From positions 1 through 64,000 of IMG/VR virus record IMGVR_UViG_3300006927_000001: a stretch of DNA of 64,000 bases, one strand, 5' to 3'. Both the position numbers and the translations under genes were made by a program. Below, in pieces: positions 19,852-28,298 of the stretch (the stretch's first letter is position 1; each line of letters opens with the position of its first letter). The stretch is from a virus. Under the pieces are notes generated by a model that was not told the origin of the DNA, did not search any database, and saw only the letters and a list, made by a program, of their open reading frames with translations.

Positions 19852-20468
19852 TTAGTAATTGCCTCAACTAATGCTTCAGTTGTTTCAGGTAAAGGCATGA
19901 TTTTCAGAACAGTATTATCATTTAACAAAACGAGAATTCGAGAATAGCCAACTCCAGATGCGGCGTCGAGGGCTGGCTTTAGGTCTAAAGGGACTGTACC
20001 TGTTCCTGTTTTTGGAGTTGAATCAGTTATTCTAAGTTCAATTGACCCGATTTCAGATCGTGCTGCAGGAACATGTGGTGAAACAGGACTATCAGCAATC
20101 ACAACAGCTTTGGTTACTTTAAATTCAGGTGGAGGAGGTCTTGCTCCGAGAACCGTTAAATTATAATATTTCTTTTCTTTTCTGCCTTCATCTCCCATTT
20201 TAAATATTAACAGCATCTGAACTTCGTATTCTCCTGGTGCTGCCCAGATAGCGAATGTATTTCCATTATCATATTCACGTCCACGTGCTCTCGGTCCCTG
20301 TGAAATGTTAATAATTTGCCAATCAATCATGAACAACGTGAATCCGTCAGGTTCTTCATATTGTACAGTAAATTCAATTGGTTCATGTTGTTCAAACGTG
20401 AAAATTTGTGGAGTTTCTGCTTTCACTGTATCTAAGAAAATAAGCGTCAAAAATAACAAAGTAGACAT
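19848..20468 (-). CDS. Secreted/membrane protein
   Basis: Signal peptide, WAAPGEYEV Ig-like motif, poly-Pro linker. Confidence 0.55.
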   Translation of the reverse strand: MSTLLFLTLIFLDTVKAETPQIFTFEQHEPIEFTVQYEEPDGFTLFMIDWQIINISQGPRARGREYDNGNTFAIWAAPGEYEVQMLLIFKMGDEGRKEKKYYNLTVLGARPPPPEFKVTKAVVIADSPVSPHVPAARSEIGSIELRITDSTPKTGTGTVPLDLKPALDAASGVGYSRILVLLNDNTVLKIMPLPETTEALVEAITK

Positions 20469-20531
20469 AATTTTTTCCTGTGCGGGTTGTTTGAGCGTGT
20501 CAATGATTCAAGATCGTTGAATTTTAAATCC

Positions 20532-20560
20532 TTGCAGCGATCTTGTCGAGATCGCTGCAA
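20532..20560. repeat. Palindrome copy 1
   Basis: TTGCAGCGATCT-TGTCG-AGATCGCTGCAA. Confidence 0.95.
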
Positions 20561-20606
20561 ACTGAGAATTATCCCGTATATTATACGTGATTCGACCCAA
20601 AATAAT

Positions 20607-20641
20607 TCCTTGCAGCGATCTCGACAAGATCGCTGCAAGGA
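20607..20641. repeat. Palindrome copy 2
   Basis: TCCTTGCAGCGATCT-CGACA-AGATCGCTGCAAGGA. Confidence 0.95.
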
Positions 20642-20777
20642 TGCTGATTTAGGTAATTTCAGACTTCAAATCAAACCCAGCAACCCAGAATGAAGTTTTA
20701 AAGTTGAGAAAGTCTACGAAAACAGCCCACTTCTCATTTGAGGAGTGGGACTTGTTGAAAGATTCAAGATCAAAGGT

Positions 20778-20935
20778 TCATGGGCGGTAGTTTGATAAGA
20801 ATGTAATTGAAATAAGGATCATGGGCGGTGGGTTGATTTAAATGTAATTGAAATAAGAATCATGGGCGGTGGTTTGATAAGAATGTAATTAAAATAATAA
20901 ATAAGAATCATGGGCGGTGGTTTGATTTAAATGTA
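20778..20935. repeat. ~41-bp tandem repeat x4 (iteron-like)
   Basis: TCATGGGCGGTRGKTTGAT....ATGTAATTRAAATAAG units start at 20778, 20819, 20860, 20908; inverted core CCGCCCATGA at 24491. Confidence 0.9.
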
Positions 20936-21086
20936 CAGCCTTAGAAAAAATTGACCGTATCAGACCCTACAGAGCGACAGGGGTACCCTAGTTTACCTAT
21001 TCGCCCTATTTTACCTATTTGACCCACCCCGCCTAGGTAGCCTGGCCCACCTATCTTGACCAGACTACCTAGCTTGCCTAGCTTAC

Positions 21087-21593
21087 TTACTTCTCCCAGA
21101 CAGCCAGCGTTGCCCAAACTATGTCCTTTACCACGGCGTACTCAACTTGCCCAAACTGACTAGCCACCTCAGACAGCGTAGCTTCTAGATTCTCCGGAGT
21201 TAACCTACTTGGCCCAACTACCGTAGCTTGCCTAGTCCACGCAGGTTCCCCATCTTCTGTAACCAACTCAGCTTGCTCAGCTTGCTCAGCTAATGCAGCC
21301 TTCGCAAATACCTCATTGTCTTCAAGCTGTGCATTCAACCTATATACCGCACATTCCCAAAGTTCCCTAGCTTGCTTAACCCTATAAAACATCCCATACC
21401 CCTCAGCAAACCTAGCCATCCTATTTTGCAATTCTTGCTTATAGAACTCAGCTTCCCTAGCCAGCCTAGTCGTCACATCTAACCTATTCATTGTAAACCT
21501 CCTATTGTACGTGATTACCGGATACTGTGGAGACTTCGCAGCCAATCTAGATACCGCATCCTGCACATCTTGCCAGCATACTTCAGTCATCAT
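21087..21593 (-). CDS. Hypothetical protein (alternative start 21491 with AGGAGG RBS)
   Basis: Open frame with RBS; unusual AGG/CTA-rich codon usage. Confidence 0.6.
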   Translation of the reverse strand: MMTEVCWQDVQDAVSRLAAKSPQYPVITYNRRFTMNRLDVTTRLAREAEFYKQELQNRMARFAEGYGMFYRVKQARELWECAVYRLNAQLEDNEVFAKAALAEQAEQAELVTEDGEPAWTRQATVVGPSRLTPENLEATLSEVASQFGQVEYAVVKDIVWATLAVWEK

Positions 21594-21615
21594 AAACTCC
21601 CTATCTTACCAAACG

Positions 21616-21653
21616 AAAAACCCCCCTGGCCAGGGGACACCTGACCAGGGGGG
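21616..21653 (-). terminator. Intrinsic terminator after divergent ParB-like gene
   Basis: Minus strand CCCCCCTGGTCAGG-loop-CCTGGCCAGGGGGG followed by TTTTT. Confidence 0.75.
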
Positions 21654-21668
21654 GGTACGTAGACACCC

Positions 21669-22925
21669 CTACTTGGAGGGGGCTTCTTCCGCGACTCCAT
21701 CAGTCGAGGGGGTAAAACTGAGAGGGGTTTTGTGCCCCAGTTCGTTGAAGAAGGCGAAATCGTTGGCGATAATTGCCGTAAGGCAATCACCCAAAGAGAC
21801 TTGCACATCCCCCAAAAGGAGGGTCCAGTTCTCCATGTTCTTCCGATCGATAACGGGCGGCTTGTAGCCCGAAATCAGGTTTTTGATGACAGCTTCCACC
21901 TGATCGGGGGATGCCGGTTTATCTTGCTTCTCCCCCAAAATGGGAACGTATCGTGCTGGAACTTTGCCGTCTTTTGTCCGACCAAGTAGAACTTGAGCAG
22001 TTTCCTTGTCCAGCTTACCGGCAGGAATCCCCCCGTTTGGGGAATACAACATTTTTCCGCCGTCATCAGTGGCCACCTTGATCTTGATGCGATCAAAAAT
22101 CTTGAGTCCCCCATTGGCGGGGATACTCGCGACCATCGCCCAACGGTGATACTTTTGGCGATTGCCACGATTGGCCTGCGTCATCTTGCCGGAAATCGGA
22201 TCGAAGCGATCAGATAGACCCAATTGTCTACCTAGGTCAAGTTCGGTGATTCCCGGTTGTTCAGCCAAAAAGATGATGGCGTTGCGAAGTAACCCGCAAG
22301 GCGAGTAACCCGCTTTGCTGTTTTGGGCGTTTTCGTCCGCCAACATCTTGTGAGTGACAGCAATTGACGTGAATTCACGCCTTGTGGCATAGAATTCATA
22401 CTCGCGAGGGGCGTCAATGTGCCCCCTCAATTGGGCTAGCACGACCGTTCCGGGTGCGGCATAATTCCGACGTTGCCCGCACAAGGCGAAGTCCGTGGGC
22501 TTGATCCCTTTGACCGATTCCAGCGAATCCGCCAATTGATCGTAAGTAATGGTTTCCGAATCCCCCGATTCCCCTTTTGGGAAATTCAAGGTTTTCTCAC
22601 CCAATTCGCGAAATTCCGCAATCCGTTCTTCACGTTGCAGCATTGCAACCGCGACCGGATCTTCAGCAATTGCCGCGAACAGATCACAGGGGTTCTCCTC
22701 GTTCAAAGCCGCAAACAGCTTCGAGATTTCGTTAACGGTGTACGTTATGATCGTTCCTTTGCTCATATCGTACCCATTGGCCATGTCAGGCGGGATTTGA
22801 CCCAACGGACTTGACCAGGAATCCGAATCGTCGCGTCCAGGATTGTATGCCGGGGATTTAGTCTCGACATTCCAAAACGCCCACAATTGACCGATTGATA
22901 CGGTCTGCACTTTCATTTTTGACAT
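21669..22925 (-). CDS. Highly divergent ParB-like protein
   Basis: Start MSKMK at 22925. LCGQRR (GxRR), ENAQ...YSP, GITELDLGRQLG HTH in ParB order. Confidence 0.5.
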   Translation of the reverse strand: MSKMKVQTVSIGQLWAFWNVETKSPAYNPGRDDSDSWSSPLGQIPPDMANGYDMSKGTIITYTVNEISKLFAALNEENPCDLFAAIAEDPVAVAMLQREERIAEFRELGEKTLNFPKGESGDSETITYDQLADSLESVKGIKPTDFALCGQRRNYAAPGTVVLAQLRGHIDAPREYEFYATRREFTSIAVTHKMLADENAQNSKAGYSPCGLLRNAIIFLAEQPGITELDLGRQLGLSDRFDPISGKMTQANRGNRQKYHRWAMVASIPANGGLKIFDRIKIKVATDDGGKMLYSPNGGIPAGKLDKETAQVLLGRTKDGKVPARYVPILGEKQDKPASPDQVEAVIKNLISGYKPPVIDRKNMENWTLLLGDVQVSLGDCLTAIIANDFAFFNELGHKTPLSFTPSTDGVAEEAPSK

Positions 22926-22957
22926 GATTCTACTTTCATTAGTGAGGTTTGAACTGT

Positions 22958-23294
22958 GCCAGCATAGGCAAGATAGGCCGATTTGAGTCATTCTGTGCAT
23001 ACACAACCAAATGCACCAAGTTTGCGATTTTTTGGTTGCGTACACTTCGGACAATATTTGATTCTATCTTCAGCGTGTATTCCATCATTCAAGTATCGTA
23101 GCAAGTCTATTCCGACTGTACCGAATTGTTTTTTTGCGTGTTCGTCAGTGGTCAAACTTTCCACGATTCCAAACAAAAACGCAGAATTAAATTCATTGAG
23201 ATTCTGTATCCTCTGTTTGAATGCTGCTAGTTGGGTTAGTGTTTCCTGTCTTGACATGATTCTTTCCTATCTAGCCTATCTTGCCTATGCTGGC
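22958..23294. repeat. 21-bp perfect inverted repeat pair enclosing ORF 22988..23257
   Basis: GCCAGCATAGGCAAGATAGGC (22958-22978) / GCCTATCTTGCCTATGCTGGC (23274-23294). Confidence 0.95.
22988..23257 (-). CDS. Small protein with C-terminal Zn-binding Cys motif
   Basis: AGGAAAG RBS; CPKC...CVC. Confidence 0.65.
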   Translation of the reverse strand: MSRQETLTQLAAFKQRIQNLNEFNSAFLFGIVESLTTDEHAKKQFGTVGIDLLRYLNDGIHAEDRIKYCPKCTQPKNRKLGAFGCVCTE

Positions 23295-23328
23295 GTACCC
23301 CCCCACATAGGGGGGTACACTGGTTGCA

Positions 23329-23488
23329 GGAACCAAGCAACCATGGCTAGATTTAGACGCCCACGTGAATACCGCCCTAGACTGGTTTAACGTCGCCCGA
23401 TAAGCCTCAAGAGTGACTAGTATACTCAATCGGTTTGAATTCAAAGGCCGTTTAACGAGTCTATGCTAGCCATGGCTGCTTGGTTCCC
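23329..23488. repeat. 22-bp inverted repeat pair (one G-U on minus strand) enclosing ~116 nt without a long ORF
   Basis: GGAACCAAGCAACCATGGCTAG (23329-23350) / CTAGCCATGGCTGCTTGGTTCC (23467-23488). Confidence 0.9.
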
Positions 23489-23490
23489 TA

Positions 23491-23670
23491 TTCTGAGTCC
23501 CTCAGTCGTCGTTTGCCAGTGTTGAAGTCTAGTTGGTTAGAAATCTACTGTGTAGCGTGAAAACGTGCTATACGGCCAGTGTGAGGACGTATAACAGCAA
23601 GATTGCCATTGCTGCGAGTAGTTTCATGTTTCACCTATCTTTCCGCAAACGACGACTGAGGGACTCAGAA
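23491..23670. repeat. 26-bp perfect inverted repeat pair enclosing a 19-aa sORF
   Basis: TTCTGAGTCCCTCAGTCGTCGTTTGC (23491-23516) / GCAAACGACGACTGAGGGACTCAGAA (23645-23670). Confidence 0.95.
23568..23627 (-). CDS. 19-aa hydrophobic peptide MKLLAAMAILLLYVLTLAV
   Basis: AGGTG RBS-like sequence 4 nt before ATG; TAG stop at 23568. Confidence 0.45.
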   Translation of the reverse strand: MKLLAAMAILLLYVLTLAV

Positions 23671-23858
23671 GATAGTACGCTATCAGCGGGTACAGTTTTT
23701 ATACAGTCTCGGTACGATTGACGACTGCCAGCACGTATGCCGGACTTTAAGTTGTGAGTCTGTTTTGCATTAGCCTTGCGATTCCTAGTTGGTGATTGTT
23801 GCGTCCCTCTACCTATACAGAAATGAGGAAAGGAATAGGGGGACTGCAAAAATCGTCG

Positions 23859-23883
23859 TAAGTCGTTGCTATCAAAGGACTTA
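23859..23883. promoter_or_regulatory. Spaced palindrome TAAGTC-N13-GACTTA upstream of the island transcript
   Basis: TAAGTCGTTGCTATCAAAGGACTTA; candidate site for a dimeric DNA-binding protein. Confidence 0.35.
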
Positions 23884-24123
23884 GGTGCCAGGCGTAAATA
23901 AGCATTTTAGTGTACAACTGTTCAGAACACAAAATTTTCATTTTGTTGCAAATATCGACGCAAAGTCTTTGACTGTAAGGCTTTAAAATTACTTTTTTTC
24001 CTGCAGGCTGTACCATACTTTCAAGGGAGCAGCAATTCCGCACATCCCTCCTGCTAGGTAGTTATAAGGACGATATTCGTGAATCAAACGTCCCCACCCG
24101 GTCGAGGGGTGCCAGGTTTCCCG

Positions 24124-24197
24124 CAATTACTTGTATTTGCTACAATTACTTGTATTTGCTACAATTACTTGTATTTGCTACAATTACTTGTATTTGC
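24124..24197. repeat. 19-bp AT-rich tandem repeat x~4
   Basis: CAATTACTTGTATTTGCTA at 24124, 24143, 24162 and 24181 (partial). Confidence 0.95.
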
Positions 24198-24210
24198 GAG
24201 AGATTCACTT

Positions 24211-24301
24211 TGATATGCCAGCGACCAGGTGGCATATCATTTTGAATCAAGCAGCTACCCACCCGAATAGGGGGGTAATTACCAGCGACCAGGTGGCAAT
24301 T
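24211..24301. repeat. Two hairpins with identical GCGACCAGG loop
   Basis: TGATATGCCA-GCGACCAGG-TGGCATATCA and AATTACCA-GCGACCAGG-TGGCAATT. Confidence 0.75.
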
Positions 24302-24667
24302 CAAAAAACTTTTTATACATTAACAGTAAACTTGATAATCCTCAAGCTGAACCAAGCTCAAACAGCCATGATTCTAGATCCACAGGTGTTTTGGCCATGA
24401 AACAGGGTCGGTGGGTTGGTAGAAATAAACATTCAGATTCAAACTCACTTGACCACTTTGTGATTTGATCTCGGCCGTCCTATAAAACCCCCGCCCATGA
24501 TCCTGAATTATTATGTATTTGACCAAGTGAAAATATACAGATCCTAATAACTAGGTAAATCACAAACCTTGCAGCACAGAAACATGATTTAGGATACTTA
24601 TCATCCCAGATCACACAGATCATGGTTGATAGGTTTGAATTAGTTCAACAGATCACCTAAAACACAA

Positions 24668-24702
24668 TCCTTGCAGCGATCTCGTCGAGATCGCTGCAAG
24701 GA
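24668..24702. repeat. Palindrome copy 3
   Basis: TCCTTGCAGCGATCT-CGTCG-AGATCGCTGCAAGGA. Confidence 0.95.
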
Positions 24703-24923
24703 ACTTTTCTACCTACAAAAGACACCTATATGCTTTAATATATGTCTGTTTTCACCTTTTTATTTTTTCTGATAAACAGTTTACCTCCCAAAAGTAAGTT
24801 AGAAAGTTAGTCTTTTATTTTCATATCTCACTTTTTTAAGAAGTTTGCAGCATGAAACCACGATCCATGAACCATATTCACGAATATAAGTTGAAAAAGT
24901 AACCGTTTCAGCCTTAAAAAATT

Positions 24924-24956
24924 CCTTGCAGCGATCTCGACAAGATCGCTGCAAGG
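24924..24956. repeat. Palindrome copy 4
   Basis: CCTTGCAGCGATCT-CGACA-AGATCGCTGCAAGG. Confidence 0.95.
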
Positions 24957-25081
24957 TTCCAGAATAACGTGATTTAGCATCCAAGACCAATGGATTCTAA
25001 CCAAATGGCCTATTATAAAATGGCCTATGAACAAAATCCATCTTATTCATAGACCAAGCAAAAACATAAATGGATCTTGAA

Positions 25082-25543
25082 TCACTCTTTATATGTTGTT
25101 TGCACACCAGCACCAGGCATAGAAGCACCTGCACCCTTTTCAACTGCACCTACCACCTTGTCTGTAGTAGCCTTGTCAGCAGCCTTGTCAGCAGCTGCTT
25201 TTGTCAGCTGCTGCTTTTTGTCAGCTGCTGCTTTGACTGCAAGTTTGGATTCCACCGTCTGGCCTGGAGCAGGAGTCGCATTTTCTGCAGCAGCCTTAGA
25301 AGGCGATCGACGTTTCAGCCATGATGCCAAATCCTCACCATCAGCCATGAACTCGGTTGCTTCAACATCTCCGGTGGTTTTTGTTAAAACTTCACCACCC
25401 TTACCAAGGAACGTGGACCTTTCCATTGAGTACGTGCCAAACGTACCATCAAGAAACCGAAACACCAAGCCAGCTAATGCATCTCCACTTAAATTACCAG
25501 CCAATGAACGAATTTTTTCCAAAACTTCTTCAGGTTGCGTCAT
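25082..25543 (-). CDS. Hypothetical protein with Ala/Lys-rich tail
   Basis: AAGGA RBS; KAAADK repeats. Confidence 0.65.
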   Translation of the reverse strand: MTQPEEVLEKIRSLAGNLSGDALAGLVFRFLDGTFGTYSMERSTFLGKGGEVLTKTTGDVEATEFMADGEDLASWLKRRSPSKAAAENATPAPGQTVESKLAVKAAADKKQQLTKAAADKAADKATTDKVVGAVEKGAGASMPGAGVQTTYKE

Positions 25544-25697
25544 GTGAAATTTCCTTTATGTTAACTAAAAACAAACATCCATTACATTCAGTCCATTCAT
25601 CCTCCAATCTTAATAATTACCACAAACAAAACATTTAGCTTTGAATCTTTTTGACCAAATCTAAATAACTCTAACTGAGCCATCATTGATCTCCACA

Positions 25698-26030
25698 TCA
25701 TGTATGCCATTTTGTCAGATCAGCAACTATCTTTTTTCGCCAAACATGTCCACATGACGGACATTGCCATTCACGAAAATCCTTCGTATCACGTGAACTA
25801 CAAAATCCCGAATCCTTACACTTGGGACACGTTCGTTTGCGATGTGCTAATTTGTCCATTTCAACGACCAATGACTTGTATTTATCTGCTCCCCAAACCA
25901 ACACCCTTGATTCAGGATCAGTGTCTGTTGCTAACAATTGTTCGCCAAATTTTCTTAGAGTCGAGTGTGTTCGTTCAAGAGGCTTCCCAAAAACAAAGAG
26001 CATACTCCTGCTCCTCATGCTTCCATTCAA
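25698..26030 (-). CDS. Zn-ribbon protein
   Basis: CPKC...CPSCGHVW; true start uncertain. Confidence 0.5.
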   Translation of the reverse strand: MNGSMRSRSMLFVFGKPLERTHSTLRKFGEQLLATDTDPESRVLVWGADKYKSLVVEMDKLAHRKRTCPKCKDSGFCSSRDTKDFREWQCPSCGHVWRKKIVADLTKWHT

Positions 26031-26517
26031 TAACTTTTTGACATCCCAAACGTGAAAATATGTCTTTTACATCCACAAATACTTGTAAATGAGCCACGTA
26101 TTCATGTTGAATTGGTATAGATGCCCAAATTCGCCCTTTGATTGCGTCCAAAATCCCCAAAGGATCTTCCAAATGTTCAATGACATCCCATAGAAACCAG
26201 TCCGTAATGTTCTCAGTATCCAAAACTTCTTGTATTATAGAGTACATGAATCCACAGAGCGGATAACGTGAACGTGCAACATTGATTCGTACAACTGAGT
26301 AATCGATACCAATAGTATGCATTCCACGTTCATTCATATAGTTAACAAACCAGCCGGTCCCGCAACCAAGATCAACACCTTTACCACCAAATTCAAACTC
26401 CAGCAACCCGAGAATAGTTTCAACCGTCGATTCACACATAGGTGAATAATATTCAACATTATGCGGCATCAATTTTTTCTCAGCTTCTGGGAGCATCATA
26501 CCCATATTCCTTTGCAA
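25975..26517 (-). CDS. Class I SAM-dependent methyltransferase
   Basis: VDLGCGTG, GIDYS, WDVIEHLEDP. Confidence 0.85.
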   Translation of the reverse strand: MQRNMGMMLPEAEKKLMPHNVEYYSPMCESTVETILGLLEFEFGGKGVDLGCGTGWFVNYMNERGMHTIGIDYSVVRINVARSRYPLCGFMYSIIQEVLDTENITDWFLWDVIEHLEDPLGILDAIKGRIWASIPIQHEYVAHLQVFVDVKDIFSRLGCQKVIEWKHEEQEYALCFWEAS

Positions 26518-27073
26518 TGAAACAAAATTCAGCCCAACGAGTACAACTAGACCAATTTACGGTGGGACGTTCACGACTATTGTACGTCTTAGATACGGAA
26601 TCAAATGCTGGCCTACAATGGCCCGCCCTTATACCTAATCCAAACAGAAAATTAACAAGGAAACCATATGACAAATCCTCAACATGCCATTCTAACAAAC
26701 ATTCTTCCGTACAACGTGCTGTCCATTGTATCCAAAATTCAAGCACTTGATCACGCTTATCTACTAAAGAATCCAAAGTACAATGATTATGTAAAAATGC
26801 CCCATACACACTCAAATCGTTACCAAACGCTCCAGGAACCGCAAACATTGAATCTACAACTAAGAATGGATTCCGTATCAAATGTACTTTCACAGCTTCA
26901 GGAAATTGTCCCAAAGAAGGTACTGCCATCCAAGATGAATCCGCATCCATACCTGACTTAACACCATAAGGTGTGAACACAGATTCATGTCCGCATGGTA
27001 ATCCTAAAGCTGTAATAGCTTTAGCTACGTAACCCGTCCCACAACGTCCTGTTCCTGTCACAATTAATTTCAT
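26480..27073 (-). CDS. Sulfotransferase-family protein
   Basis: VTGTGRCGT 5'-PSB loop, GHE, LIRNP...S 3'-PB motif. Confidence 0.75.
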   Translation of the reverse strand: MKLIVTGTGRCGTGYVAKAITALGLPCGHESVFTPYGVKSGMDADSSWMAVPSLGQFPEAVKVHLIRNPFLVVDSMFAVPGAFGNDLSVYGAFLHNHCTLDSLVDKRDQVLEFWIQWTARCTEECLLEWHVEDLSYGFLVNFLFGLGIRAGHCRPAFDSVSKTYNSRERPTVNWSSCTRWAEFCFIAKEYGYDAPRS

Positions 27074-27139
27074 CCCTTTGTTCCTTGTGTTACATTAAAG
27101 AAAAAAACAAATCATTATCGAAGGTTGCACGTTTTGCCA

Positions 27140-27421
27140 TTACATCTCCAATGTTACACGAGTTAAGTGACGGTTTTCTGCTGACATTTTACGCCATTTG
27201 ATCCAACAGCCAAGAACAAGTGATTCAGAAAATGGAAATTCCCATTCCTCAGTCTTTGCATGTACACTCCATTCTGTGATAATGCGTGCAATTAATTTTG
27301 CACACATTACCTTATTTGTGATCCAATGATCAGACCCAGGATTTTCAGTATTTCCATATGTACGAATAATCGCACGAGCTAACGACTTTGGTTCACAAAT
27401 ATTTGTAATGGTTCCTAGCAT
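27140..27421 (-). CDS. Hypothetical protein
   Basis: Coupled ORF in operon. Confidence 0.45.
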   Translation of the reverse strand: MLGTITNICEPKSLARAIIRTYGNTENPGSDHWITNKVMCAKLIARIITEWSVHAKTEEWEFPFSESLVLGCWIKWRKMSAENRHLTRVTLEM

Positions 27422-27612
27422 CCTGGTTTCTCCTCTTTGTTTCGAGTTGCAATTTGACGCAATCGTCCTATTGCAAAATCATGTAATTCTCGTGACCAAG
27501 TAAGAGCATACACAACATCTTGTATCAAACTCACATGTTCTTCTGTCAATTCAGTTTCCTTCATTATGTGCTTGGAAACTGCTTTAGCTACTTTGGCCCG
27601 GTGTGCGGACAT
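27415..27612 (-). CDS. Hypothetical protein
   Basis: GAGG RBS, coupled ORF. Confidence 0.5.
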   Translation of the reverse strand: MSAHRAKVAKAVSKHIMKETELTEEHVSLIQDVVYALTWSRELHDFAIGRLRQIATRNKEEKPGC

Positions 27613-27658
27613 TTTTTTACCTCATTCAATCTAAGTGTTGGACCATCAGGCAAGTGTG

Positions 27659-27934
27659 TTACCATAGAATTACTCCCCAATAAAAACCATGCCAACCATC
27701 ATAATAGTACGCATCAGGTGCAACATACAGATAGTTACGTTGATGCATGATCCTGGTATCATTGTTGTATGACTGAATTTGACGTTCAACTTCCAGCCAA
27801 GGATTAACAGGCTTGTATGCACGCTTTGCCAAACGTGCAGCATAACGTGTTTCCTGTTTCGCTTTCCAGGATACACGATCACCGAAACAAGCACCCGTTA
27901 ATAGTAACCAAACAACCAAGATTCTAAGTATCAT
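27659..27934 (-). CDS. Secreted hypothetical protein
   Basis: Signal peptide; GGAG RBS. Confidence 0.55.
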   Translation of the reverse strand: MILRILVVWLLLTGACFGDRVSWKAKQETRYAARLAKRAYKPVNPWLEVERQIQSYNNDTRIMHQRNYLYVAPDAYYYDGWHGFYWGVILW

Positions 27935-28070
27935 CGAACCTACTCCCTTTTAAAGTATCAAAAGTTTGTCAATTCCTGTTTCATCTTTAGCAGGTACAAC
28001 TTCCCAATATGGATCTTTCAAATCCACTTCTGTAGGTTTCGGCCATTTAAAATCATAATAACAAAATAAA

Positions 28071-28295
28071 TCATCTGAATTCTCCCAGACATCTTTCTAC
28101 ACCAAAAACCTTGGTCCCCATTTCATGTTCAAGTACAAAGTCTTGAGGATGATGAATCTGTAAGCCACATGCAACACGTATTGCCATAATTTCAATTTTT
28201 GCACGCGAACCTGGCCTTGCATTTGTTTTTTTACTTGGACCAAAAGGTATAAAATCTTCTGAATCCAACCCAGCTTCAATTGAATTATTGTACAT
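28071..28295 (-). CDS. Hypothetical phage protein
   Basis: T.ARPGS..KI..M..R...G..IHHP.D motif; RBS. Confidence 0.55.
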   Translation of the reverse strand: MYNNSIEAGLDSEDFIPFGPSKKTNARPGSRAKIEIMAIRVACGLQIHHPQDFVLEHEMGTKVFGVERCLGEFR

Positions 28296-28298
28296 TTG

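Noticed and set aside
20447-20693. ORFs containing LQRSCRDRCK (also 24799..24990)
   Set aside because: The peptides are simply translations of the palindromic repeats on either strand.
20778-20935. CRISPR mini-array
   Set aside because: Inter-core segments are themselves near-identical rather than unique spacers; no cas operon. The 36510 nuclease is a generic phage PD-(D/E)XK enzyme.
23491-23670. MITE with 26-bp terminal inverted repeats
   Set aside because: No target-site duplication or second copy seen, no transposase, and two neighbouring unrelated stems share the same architecture.
24218-24298. Similarity of GCGACC and GGGCGG motifs to the lambda cohesive end
   Set aside because: Matches are only 6 bp and not contiguous; likely chance.
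24131-24400. 89-aa plus-strand ORF
   Set aside because: Arises from the 19-bp tandem repeat; no coding evidence.
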